This document shows, one piece after another, positions 12,246 to 23,008 of a stretch of 64,000 bases of DNA. Every line of letters starts with the position of its first letter. Position 1 is the first letter of the stretch. The stretch is from Hemiscyllium ocellatum (lineage: Eukaryota), in assembly GCF_020745735.1 (NCBI RefSeq), contig NC_083412.1:24059181-24123180 (forward strand), read 5' to 3'. The notes under the pieces were generated by a model. It was given only the letters and a program-made list of their open reading frames with translations, was not told the origin of the DNA and did no database searches. The position numbers and the translations under genes are program-made.

Positions 12246-13073
12246 ATGGGTCACCGTGGCAGCAGAGTGGCCCTCCAGCTGGTGGGTCTGGTGCTGGGCA
12301 CCGTGGGTTGGATCGGCTCGGCTATTGCCACGGGGCTCATCCAGTGGAGGGTGTGGCGCGTGAGCTCGCCGGAGATCACCTCGGGGGTCGCCTGGGTCGG
12401 CATCTGGAGGGTCTGCCTCTACAGCCGGCCGCTGGCCACTCCGCCCTTCCAGGGGATGTCCTGCCGGAGGCTCGTAGCCCTCGACTCCTTCGTCCCGAGC
12501 GAGATTGGCGTTGGGCAGGGCATGATGCTGGCAGCTGTGGTCTCGGGAGCCCTGGGCAAAGTGGCCACCATCTACGGGCTGTGGGACGCATATATCGGTG
12601 AGGGGTGCCAGTCCAGGAGGGTGGGGCTGGCTTTCACAGTGGGTGGCGGTTTCCATCTCCTGGCGTCTCTCTGCGTGCTGGTCCCTGCCGCCTGGAACTT
12701 GAACTCGGTGCTGAGTAACCGTACCATCGCCTTCCCACTTCACTACCACCTGCCACCCTCCGCCAGGAGCCAGGAGCCCGGGGCGGCTCTCTACGTGGCC
12801 TTTTTCTCGTCTGCCCTGCTCTCCCTCACCGCTGCCTTCTTGCTGAGTTACAGGCCATCAGCCTGGCCCTCCAGTGCCAGGGTCCACCCTCTCGCCGATT
12901 ACTTCTCCGACTGCTCTAGCTTGGTCTCCAGGGTAACGCCGGGACCAGGGGACAGTTTGTGTGCAATGAGTGTCTCGGAGCACTCCCTTTCCAGTTATGG
13001 AGCAGACAATCCAGCTTTCACCCCTGACAGCAACTCTTCGGGATTGCTGAGGTCCCTGGAAAACACGCGCTAG
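12246..13073 (+). CDS. CLDN34: Claudin-34 (single coding exon, 275 aa from ATG 12246)
   Basis: Four hydrophobic segments; ECL1 QWRVWRV-SSPEITSGVAWVGIWRVC is the CLDN34-type signature. Acceptor ccttacctgCAG ends at 12153, AATAAA at 13259-13264. Lies between SHROOM2 and WWC3 as in human. Confidence 0.9.
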   Translation: MGHRGSRVALQLVGLVLGTVGWIGSAIATGLIQWRVWRVSSPEITSGVAWVGIWRVCLYSRPLATPPFQGMSCRRLVALDSFVPSEIGVGQGMMLAAVVSGALGKVATIYGLWDAYIGEGCQSRRVGLAFTVGGGFHLLASLCVLVPAAWNLNSVLSNRTIAFPLHYHLPPSARSQEPGAALYVAFFSSALLSLTAAFLLSYRPSAWPSSARVHPLADYFSDCSSLVSRVTPGPGDSLCAMSVSEHSLSSYGADNPAFTPDSNSSGLLRSLENTR

Positions 13074-13258
13074 AAAATACTGCAGATCCCGGCCAAAGGA
13101 TTCGACGCTTTGTTCGGAAAGTTCTGGAAAGTGGACTAACTGTCCTCTGACTCCAGGCACTGCCACACCCTGGAAAAGCTCTCAGTACATCTGACTGTCA
13201 GTTTTAACTGGATACGGAGGAAAGTGCACTCACAAATCTTTGTTGTGTGTTATTCATT

Positions 13259-13264
13259 AATAAA
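13259..13264 (+). promoter_or_regulatory. Polyadenylation signal of CLDN34
   Basis: AATAAA about 185 nt after the stop codon, just before an old CR1 fragment. Confidence 0.65.
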
Positions 13265-13994
13265 TGTCTTCAACATTATGCAGAGGTTTGATCATGTAGC
13301 TATGGAGGTGTTTCCACTTACGGGTGCATTCAGAATGTAGGATAGTCGTTGGCAAATTCAATTGAGAATTCAGGAGATAATTCTTTACCTGAAGAGTGAT
13401 TAGAATGCAGAGCTCACTCAACACTTCAGCGTCGTTGAGGCAAATAGAATGGATGCATTTGAGGTGAACGAGATAAGCGCATGAGGGATAAGTACAAGAG
13501 GGAAAAAGAAATGGATGAATGTGTTGACAGGGTTAGATGAAGGAGAATAGGAGGAGACCTGATGGGCAGAATGGCCCGTTTTGCTGCAGTAAATCTGATG
13601 CAGAATTTGGGAGAAATTTCTTGACCTAGACAGTGGCTGGAATGCCAAGTTTACTCCCACAGCTTGGCAATTTGATGTGAATAGCAAAACATATGTTTAA
13701 GGTCACGAAGGAGATGGAACTGAAAGCCTTTCTGATGGGGCTCACCAAAGATGGATTTAGGAAGAGGTTCTAGAGCAGATGGGCTGAACGGTCTGTTTCC
13801 ATGCTTCAGAAGGTGATGTACTTCAGGGCTGGATTTATCCCAGCACTCCTGGCTGTGAGAGTCCTGCTATGTTTCAGTGAGCACTGCTCCTCTCCCGTGG
13901 CCAGTTCTGGCGAATTGACCGTGAGAACATGCCGGAGGTTCCGAGGAGGACTGACTTCACTGACACAAACATTGACTGCATCTGCTAGACCTGT

Positions 13995-15345
13995 CATACA
14001 GTCATAGGGTCATAGAGTCCTACAGCACTGAGACAGGCCCTTTAGCCCAAACTGGTCCATGCCGACCGAAATGTCCATCCACATTAACCTCGCTTCCTTG
14101 CACTTGGCCCATATCCTTCTAACCCCTTCCCATCCATGTCTTTGTCCAAATGCCTTTTAAATATTGTTAATGTACCGGCCTCAACCACTTCCGTAGGCAG
14201 CTCACTCCACATGTGTATCACCCTCTGTGTAAAAAAAATTGTCCCTCAGGTTCGCTTTTATTCTTCTCTCTCTAACCTTAAACTGGTGCCCTCTAGTCCT
14301 CGATTCCCCTACCCTGGGAAAAAGACTCAGTGCATTCGCTCTATCCGTGTCTCTCATGATCTTATACACTTGGCCCACTTCCCCAGCTGATCAAGGTCCT
14401 GCTGCAATTTCTGACAATCTTCCTCGCTGTCCACAATGATGCCTATTTAAGTGTTATCTGCAAACTTACCATCAGGCCTTGTACATTTTCATCCAAATCA
14501 TTGATATGGATATCAAACAGTAATGGGCCCAGCACCAATCCCTGAGGCACTCCACTAGTCACAGGCCTCTAGTCCAATAAGCAACCTTCCACCATTGCCC
14601 TCTGCTTCCTACCATCAAGCCAATTTTGTACCCAATTTGCCAGCTGGATTCCATGCAATCTAATCTTCCAGAGCAGCTTATCATGTGGAATCTTATCAAA
14701 GGCCTTAGTGAAATCCATATACACTACATCTACCGCCCTGCCCTCATCAACCTTCCTGGTCACTTCATCAAATAACTCTAATAAATTTGTGATGCATGGT
14801 CTCCCACTCACAAAGCCACGCTAACTACTCCTTATCAAACCCTGTCTTTCCAAATGCATGTATATCTTATCCCTCAGAATCTTCTCAAGTACCTTACCCA
14901 CCACAGACATTAAGCTTACTGGTCTGCAGTTCCCAGGCTTTTCTTTGCAGCCCTTCTTGAATAATGGCACAGCATTCACTCCCCTCCAGACTTCTGGAAC
15001 CTCACCCGTGGCTAACGCTGATGAAAAAATATCAGCTAGGGCCCCTGCAATTTTTTTCTCTAGCCTCGTGCAGTGATCTTGGATATATCTGGTCACGGCC
15101 AGGAGGTTTATCCACCTTTACATACCTCCAATACCTCCACTGTGATATGGACTGTCCCCAGGATATCACCACTAACTTCCCCAAGCTCCCAGGTCTTCAT
15201 GTCTTCCTCCATGATAAACACCGAGGAGAAGTATTCATTGAGGACTTCGCCTATCTCTTGTGGTTCTACATATACATGGCCACTTTGGTTCTTGAAGGGC
15301 TCTATTCTCTCTCTAGATACTCTTTTTCCTTTAATATATTTTAAG
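13995..15345 (-). mobile_element. CR1 LINE, internally deleted
   Basis: VPLFKKGCKEKPGNCRPVSLMSVVGK and AVDVVYMDFTKAFDKIPH; 3' tail at about 14000. Confidence 0.88.
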
Positions 15346-15590
15346 AGCCTGTCCTCGACCAACCTCCCACACCCCTGAGCCATTTGGTCCTGTCTGGCGT
15401 GGGGTAGCTCAGCCTGCTGGACAATCCTGGGATCCTGCAGAGCAAGAGGGATGCAATGAGAAAGAAGATGCTGTACTTTCAAGGCAGGCATTGACAGATA
15501 TTCCGTCTCGAAGGGAATACTGACAACATGAGGCAACATGGAGTTGAGGAGGTCAGCCATGATGGAGTTGATTTACAGAATAGGCCCAGA

Positions 15591-16020
15591 GAGTGTGGTG
15601 CTATAAAGCGCAGCCAGTCAGGCAGCATCCAAGGAGGAGGAGAGTCAATGTTTCGAGCATAAGCTCTTCATCAGGAATGAGGGGATGGCCCAAGGGGGCT
15701 GAGAGATAAATGAGGGGGGGGGGGTGGCTGGGGGGAAGGTAGCTGGGAACGTGATAGGTTTAATGAAGGTCAGGTTAATGGCGATAGGTCAGAGAGGAGG
15801 GTGGAGTGGATAGGTGGGAAGGAAGATGGACAGGTAGGACAGTTCAAGAGGGCGGTGCTGAGTTGGATGGTTGGATCTGGAAGGTGGAGGGAGGGGAAAT
15901 GGGGAAAATGGTGAGATCTACATTGATGACGTGTGGTTGGAAGGTCCCAAGATGGAAGATGAGGCGTTCATCCTCCAGGCTAGAGTTTGGTGGAGGCGGT
16001 TCAGGACTTGGTAGAGTAGG
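15591..16020 (-). mobile_element. 3' fragment of a second Penelope-like family (Neptune-type) with hammerhead motif
   Basis: Minus strand reads LEDERLIFHLGTFQPHVINVD (PLE endonuclease C-terminal 'LGTLxPxGxN'-like motif), then a C-rich UTR and CTGATGA-A-GAGC-TTAT-GCTC-GAAAC. Confidence 0.7.
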
Positions 16021-16024
16021 AAGG

Positions 16025-16320
16025 GGAACACAGCACGGAAACAGATCCTTCGGTCCAAATCGTCCATGCCGACCAGAAACCCTAAACCAATCTAGTTCCA
16101 TTTGCCAGCACTTGGCCCATATCCCTCCAAACCCTTCCTTTTCATATACCCATCTAGATGCCTTTTAAATGTTGCAATTGTACCAGCCTCCACCACATCC
16201 TTTGGCAGCTCATTCCATACACACACCACCCTCTGTGTGAAAAAGTTACCCCTTAGGTCAGTTTTAAATCTTTCCCCTCTCACCTCTAGTTCTGGACTCA
16301 CCCACCCCGGGGGAAAAGAC
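16025..16320 (-). mobile_element. CR1/HER1 LINE 3' end
   Basis: NFFTQRVVCVWNELP...FKRHLDGYM. Confidence 0.85.
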
Positions 16321-17194
16321 CCTGGCTATTCCTGCTCCGAATTCTGACGTTTGTATTTGCAAGACGAGCTACTTAAAAATCTTGTAATGAAACAGAAGCA
16401 ACTCTCAAATTCTAACAAAGAATGATCTTTTCATTCTTACTTGCTTTGAACATGTGTGTTGGTTAGTTATTAAAAACAGTGGAATTTGGAGACTGAAAAA
16501 GCTGTTTGACTTGGTGGCTGGCTTTGAGATGGGAGTGATGGGACTTGCAGGGCTGTGTCTGACCAGGCAATGGCTTTAATTCAATGTCTCTTCCCACAGG
16601 CCACTATAACCAACAAGCAGACTGCCTTCAGTCCTCTGTTTCCAGTTCTCTGCCTGAAATGTTCCACCAGCAACCACTAAAAGTTGTTCCTGAGCAACAC
16701 TTGTGTCAGGCCTTGTGAAGATTCAGCCACTGCCCACTAGTGGATGTAAAATGCAATGCGAGCCAATTTCGGAGTGAGAATGTCATTGTCTAAATGGTCC
16801 AGAGACTGGTCCCACTAGTACGTTTTTTTTTAAGCATCCTGGGCCTCTGAGCATGTAAATTAAGAACAAATGTCCGCCCTGAGAGCCCCATTCTGAAATT
16901 CAGGGAGAATTCGTGGATCCTCACTCAACATTTGTCAGTGACTCCTGACACTGTGCAAAACATATCTCTCACAGCAGGCGTGTTTCCCTCCACCTTCGCA
17001 CCATTGCCCCCTCTGTGACCTGTTCCAGTCCCCACCTCTCAAAGGCCACGAGGTAGAAGCCCCAACATTGATGTCTTTGCTGGGATGAGGTGTGGGGAGT
17101 AGGAGATGGAGAGATTAGCAGCAAGCCTTCTCGCTGAGTACGCTGATGGAGGTCCATGGACTAATTTCTATTTTATCCTCAACCTTCTCAGCCC

Positions 17195-17512
17195 AGGCAA
17201 TAGTCTAGTGATATTACCACTCGGCAACTAAGCCAGAGACTCATGTAATGTTTTGGGGACCAGGATTTGAATCCCGTCATGGCAGATAATAATAATCTGG
17301 AAGTATAAATCTAAAGATGACCGTGTTACCTTTGCCACATGTCTAGGAGGGGGGGAAAGTATCTGGTTTGCTTTGGAGAAGGATATCTGCCATCCTTGTC
17401 TGGCCTCCCTATCACTGCAGACCCACAGCAATGTGGTTGACTCAGCCTGGGTGTAATAAATGTTGATTCAGCCAGTGATGTCCACATCCACACATGAATT
17501 CTTGAAAAAAAG
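17195..17512 (+). mobile_element. Shark SINE-like repeat; relatives at about 1660-1970 (-), 25190-25700 (+) and 43105-43410 (+)
   Basis: tttgaatcccgtcatggcag...ctgccatccttgtctggcct...agacccacagcaatgtggttgactc...ataaatg..gccagtgatgtccacatcc recurs in the window. Confidence 0.55.
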
Positions 17513-18170
17513 AGGCATGGCCAGTCGCACAATGCTGAGGTTATACCTGAAAATGGAGCCAGACTCATTTCTAGACCATCATCTAAATCTGGAAGTTTAC
17601 TGTGATGTAGCTGTGATTGTATCAATCCATTGATGCAGTGTGCATTGTATTACACCAGCCTCTTCATTTATTGTTAATGACAGAAATTTACTTGCATTTC
17701 TTCCATTCCACTAGAGGGCAGTGATCTCAATTTTTCTCCTTACCTCTGTCTTGCTCATATGCTCCCGCTCTCATGTACTTTGCCCTCCACCCCTCCTGCT
17801 GCTTCCCCATTCTCAACTGCCTGATGGATAAGCTTCCCTCTGTGTCCCTTTTGGTGTTGCCTGAAGGGCTCGACAAGGCAGTCTCCTCGACAGCAACATT
17901 CCCTGGCATTCCTGTGCTCTCCCCTCCTCCCAGGGCTGACCCTACAGACTGTAGCAGTGGATCAGCCCTCATCACCCACCTCCCTCTAGGACCTCTAGCC
18001 ATCAGCCTCTTAAGCCCGCACCCTCCTGTAGATTGGGTCGCCTCAGCTAGTGTTCAAGTGGGCTCTGGACACTCAGTCCTTATTGACAAGTGGAGTGGCC
18101 CATGATGGAGCTCAAGAATGCTGGACACCATAGCAAACAATCTCACTGTCATTAGCATGTAGTACAGTCA

Positions 18171-18267
18171 AAGTTACAAATCACACAACACCAGGTTATA
18201 GTCCAACAGGTTTAATTGGAAGCACTAGCTTTCGGAGGGCTGCTCCTTTATCAGGTAGTTGTGGAGG
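18171..18267 (-). mobile_element. Monomeric PLE-terminus element (hammerhead family B)
   Basis: Matches one arm of 41253-41458. Minus strand CTGATAA-A-GGAGC-AGC-CCTCC-GAAA-GC-TA. ACAGTCA on both sides. Confidence 0.7.
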
Positions 18268-18899
18268 ACAGTCACTATGTGTAATACAGTCATTACATCA
18301 GTCTCTGCATTGAGGGGGATTCATTACATTCTTGCTTAATAGGTTCCCAATTAGCCAACCATTTGAGGACCATTGTTGTAATTTTATGCATGTTTCCTCT
18401 TGCTACCCAGTGTATGTCTCCAGACTGACTGACAATAACCATTAACCCCATCCTACCCACCCACTGGGAACTCAGCCAATGATTCTGTCCCGATAAACAG
18501 CCATGGCTTCACAGAGCATATTCTGAGCTTCATGTCCTCAGGTGACTGGGGTTTTGGGCGTAGGATGGACATAGAGAAGGAGAATGAGCCAAGAACAGGA
18601 CAAATCAGAGACCGAACAGCTTCAAAGAGCTGTGCTCTTTAGAGACCTCATATTTCAAAATAAAGAAACAAAACACTGGACCTAAAAGCGTCAGGTGCCC
18701 AACAGGATACAGAGTAGCTAAAAACAGACCTGTCCTGGGTAAATGCCCACCCTTCCCCAGGCAGTGCTTGTTCATTGAAGACCCTCCCCACCCAGCTAAA
18801 TCACGACAGCAACACTAGCGTCACTAGTCACTTTGGCAACTTGACGTCTTCCCGACTCCGTTTGCTTCTTATCTAAAATGTTTGTGTTGGTACAGCTTT

Positions 18900-19330
18900 C
18901 CTCTGTGTCCCTCCCTGGTGCATCTCCTCATGCTTGGCCATTTTAACCTCCACCTAAAACCTTCTTCAGCCCTTCTCTCCTCCACCTTCTCTCACCTACT
19001 TTCACTCTGTCTGAGCTCTCTCACAAACATCTCCCAGCTACATCCAAGGTCACCCCCTCAACCTTCCCATCATTCATTGCCCCATCCACAAGGTCAACTT
19101 GTCTCCATTGCCTACAAACCCCTTAACTCACAACCTTCAGGGTCTGTCCAGGTTCCTCCTTGGAATCCACTCCCACTTTTGCTGATATGGCTCAGATCTC
19201 ACCCAGAGACTCTCTGATGGAGAGACCTTGTACTGACCCATTTTTGACCCAGTGGCCCTCTCTCACACTGACTTGCATAACCTTTAAAACATGATGCTTG
19301 GCTCATTCTTCTTAAAAAACACTCATCCAA
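18900..19330 (+). mobile_element. Degenerate L2 LINE (endonuclease region)
   Basis: LLMLGHFNLHL resembles the GDFN motif; C/T-rich composition typical of L2. Confidence 0.4.
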
Positions 19331-20090
19331 TTCTAATGATCAGGGACCCAGAGTCTTGATCAGAATCTTTTACTAATATCAGAGAATGGGGAAACGGTGA
19401 CCAAGTGACATTATCACTGCACTGTTAACTCAGAGACCCTGATAATGTTCCTGATTGTTCTTCCTCTCCTGCAGAAGTACATCAAGAGGTGGGGGTTCAG
19501 GGTAGATTCATCAGAATCCCACTGGGGCTTAAAGAGTTAAATGATGAAGCCGTGAGTGTAAACTGGGCTCGTATTACACTGTGTGGAGAAGATGGAGGTG
19601 TGACCGAATTGACGGATATTAAATGAGTTCTGGGAGTTTTGGTATCAAGGTGGATGGAGAGAAACCGTTTCTTCAGATGGAGGGGAGTCCTGTCCACGTT
19701 AACATCCGTCAAAGTAAGGCAGCCCATTTAGGAGCGAAATTAGGCAGGATTTGTCACACAAAAGGCAGTGGTGTTCTGGATCGCTGTCCCTCCTGACCAG
19801 GCTATGGAGGCTGGGTCCATGGAATTTTAAAACTCAAGATTAATGGCTCTCTTGAGTTAACAGACGTAAAAGAACCAGGATGAGTGGATTTTTCCCAAGT
19901 GCAATCTTGATTTGGATTTGTACCGTGTTGTCAGCACAGAAAACACAGTCGACAACCTCTTGTGAGAGCAACAGTGAAATGGGGCATTCGCTGTAATGGA
20001 GCACGTACTTTCCCACTCTCTCTCTCTCTGTTTTCAGGTGCTGTGTTTTCAGAGGGTGTTAAGTCACTGTGGAGTATCAGTGGGTGTTCA

Positions 20091-21861
20091 AGGTTTGTGA
20101 GAAGATTTGTAGCTCGGGTGCTCGTTGTTGTGGTTCTGTTCGCCGAGCTGGGAGTTTTTCTTGCAAACGTTTCGTCCCCTTTCTAGGTGACATCCTCAGT
20201 GCTTGGGAGCCTCCTGTGAAGCACTTCTGTGCTGATTTCTCCAGCATTTATACTGGTTTGAATCTGCCGCTTCCGGTTGTCAGTTGCTGTCCGCTGCAGT
20301 GGCCGATATATAGGGTCTAGGTCGATGTGTCTGTTGATAGAATTTGTAGATGAGTGCCATGCCTCTAGGAATTCCCTGGCTGTTCTCTGTTTGGCCTGCC
20401 CTATAATAGTGGTGTTGTCCCAATCGAATTCGTGTTGTTTGTCATCTGAGTGTATGGCTACTAGGGATAGCTGGTCGTGTCGTTTCGTGGCTAGTTGGTG
20501 TTCATGAATGCGGGTTGTTAGCTGTCTTCCTGTTTGTCCTATGTAGTGTTTTGTGCATGGGATTTTGTACACTACATTAGTTTTGCTCATGCTGGGAATC
20601 GGGTCCTTTGTCCTGTTGAGTTTTTGTCTGAGAGTGGCTGTTGGTTTGTGTGCTGTTTTGAGTCCTAGTGGTCGCAGCAGTCTGGCTGTCAGTTCAGAAA
20701 TGCTCCTGATGTATGGGAGTGTGGCCAGTCCTTTGGGTTGTGGCATGTCCTCATTGCGTTGCCTTTCCCGGAGGCATCTGTTGATGAAATTGCGCGGGTA
20801 TCCATTTTTGGCGAATACCTTGTATAGGTGTTCCTCTTCTTCTTTTTGCAGTTCTGATGTACTGCAGTGTGTTGTGGCCCTTTTGAATAGTGTCCTAATG
20901 CAACTTCGTTTGTGTGTGTTGGGGCGGTTGCTTTCATAGTTCAGGACTTGGTCTGTGTGTGTGGCTTTCCTGTATACCTTCGTGGTGAATTCTCCATTCG
21001 GTGTTCTCTGTACTATCACGTCTAGGAATGGGAGCTGGTTGTCCTTTTCGTCCTCTCTCGTGAATCGGATTCCTGTGAGTGTGGTGTTGATGATCCAGTG
21101 TGTGTTCTCCATTTCTGTGTTTTTAATGATTACAAAGGTGTCGTCCACGTATCTGACCCAGAGTTTGGGTTGTAATGGCGTTAAAACTGTTTTTTCTAAC
21201 CTTTGCATTACTGCTTCTGCTATGAGTCCGGAGATCGGTGAGCCCGTTGATTTGTTCTTATATCTGGTTGTTGAATGTGAAGTGTGTTGTGAGGCACAGG
21301 TCCAGTAGTTTAAGTATGCCGTCTTTGTTAATAGGTTCAGCGTCCTGTTGTCTGTTGTGTATGTCCAGCAGGTTGGATATTGTTTCTCTGGCTAGGGTTT
21401 TGTCAATAGAAGTGAACAGTGCCGTTACATCGAATGAGACCATGGTTTCTTCCTTGTCTATGTGTATATTTCTGATGATGTCCAAGAATTCCTGTGTTGA
21501 CTGTATAGAGTGTCTGGATCCGCTGATCAGGTGTTTCAGTTTCTGTTGTAGCTCTTTAGCCAGTTTGTGTGATGGTGTCCCTGGTAGTGATACTATGGGT
21601 CTGAGTGGGATGTCTTGTTCGTGTACTTTAGGTAGTCCATAGAATCTGGGGGTGTTGTTGCTTTCAGGTTTCATTCTTTGTAGGTCAGTCCTGGTTATCT
21701 GTCCGTTTTTTTGTAGCTTCCTCAGTGTGTTGTTTATCCTATTGGTGAGCTGTGGAGTGGGGTCAAACTCCCTCTTTTGGTAGGTGTTGGTGTCTGCAAG
21801 TAGTTCTTCAGCTTTTTGAATGTAATCTGATTTGTCCAGTATTACCGTCATTCTGTCTTTG
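20091..21861 (-). mobile_element. Penelope-like retroelement (Poseidon-type RT + GIY-YIG endonuclease), 5'-truncated, disabled
   Basis: ORFs 21258-21851 (PRFYGLPKVH, PLRPIVS, SFDVTALFTSI) and 20183-21208 (WVRYVDDTF; NVVYKIPC..YIGQTGR.L..RIHEH). Stop codon and 11-bp deletion near 21245-21270. Confidence 0.93.
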
Positions 21862-21915
21862 TGGGTTCACAGACTGCAGCAGTCTCTCATTGCCTGCTGG
21901 AAGGGTGGCTGGCCT

Positions 21916-22233
21916 TTAGATTAGATTAGATTACTTACAGTGTGGAAACAGGCCCTTCGGCCCAACAAGTCCACACCGACCCGCCGAAGCGCAATCCACC
22001 CATACCACTACATTTACCCCTTTACCTAACACTACAGGCAATTTAGCATGGCCAATTCACCTGACCCGCACATCTTTGGACTGTGGGAGGAAACCGGAGC
22101 ACCCGGAGGAAATCCACGCAGACACGGGGAGAACGTGCAAACTCCACACAGTCAGTCACCTAGGTCGGGAATTGAACCCGTGTCTCTGGCGCTGTGAGGC
22201 AGCAGTGCTAACCACTGTGCCACCGTGCCGCCC
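21916..22233 (-). mobile_element. HE1-type V-SINE, young full-length copy
   Basis: Intact gggcggcacggtggcacagtggttagcactgc head, CpGs retained, (TCTAA)n tail. Confidence 0.9.
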
Positions 22234-22419
22234 ATAATAGCGTATGGACAGGCTGACAACCATGTTACCAACACACCGCGCGCAGCCTGACCCAGAGTTT
22301 CTGACCCAAAGTTAGGGACACTACCCACTCCACCACAATTGCTCCTCTGGTTCCTTACACACTCTTGTACAGGTACTGGATTACCTTCAGAGTAGTGATC
22401 TGCTGGGTCCCCAGAGGGG

Positions 22420-22710
22420 GATTTTGAGACTAAGGGGCACGTTTTTAAGGTGAGAGGAGAGAGGTTTTAAAAAGACATGAGGCAACTTATTTTGCACAGA
22501 GAGTGGTTCATGTGTGGAGTGAGCGGCCTGAGGAAGTGGTGAATGTGGGTACAGTTGCAACATTTAAAAGGCATCTGGATATAAATAAGAAAGGTTTGGC
22601 GGGCTATGTGCCAATCGCTGGCTGGTGGGACTAGTTTGGATTGGGATTATGGTAGGCATGGACTGGTTGGACCGAAGGGTCTGTTTCCGTGCTGGATGAC
22701 TCTGTCTCTG
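22420..22710 (+). mobile_element. CR1/HER1 LINE 3' end
   Basis: Conserved tail ending ggaccgaagggtctgtttccgtgctg. Confidence 0.8.
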
Positions 22711-23008
22711 TTTAGTTTGCACCTCAAGTCACAGCAGGTAAATCCTGGATAGTAGCCAGCCCAGGGTGGCAATCAGATGCCCCAAGTGGCAATGTTTAAC
22801 GCTGTGCCAAAGTTATCCAAAATCTTAGTTGAGGAGCTGGTGTGAAGGAAAACAGGTAAATGATGCAAGATACCAGGCAAAGCAAAGAGGGATAGAGAGT
22901 ACATTGAATTTCTTTAATCTCTGCATACTTGGTGCTCAGAGAAACGTCGGTCAAATTAAAGCGCTCGAATTTGCTGCGGATTGTCTTCCAAAGGAGACCC
23001 CTTTCCAA

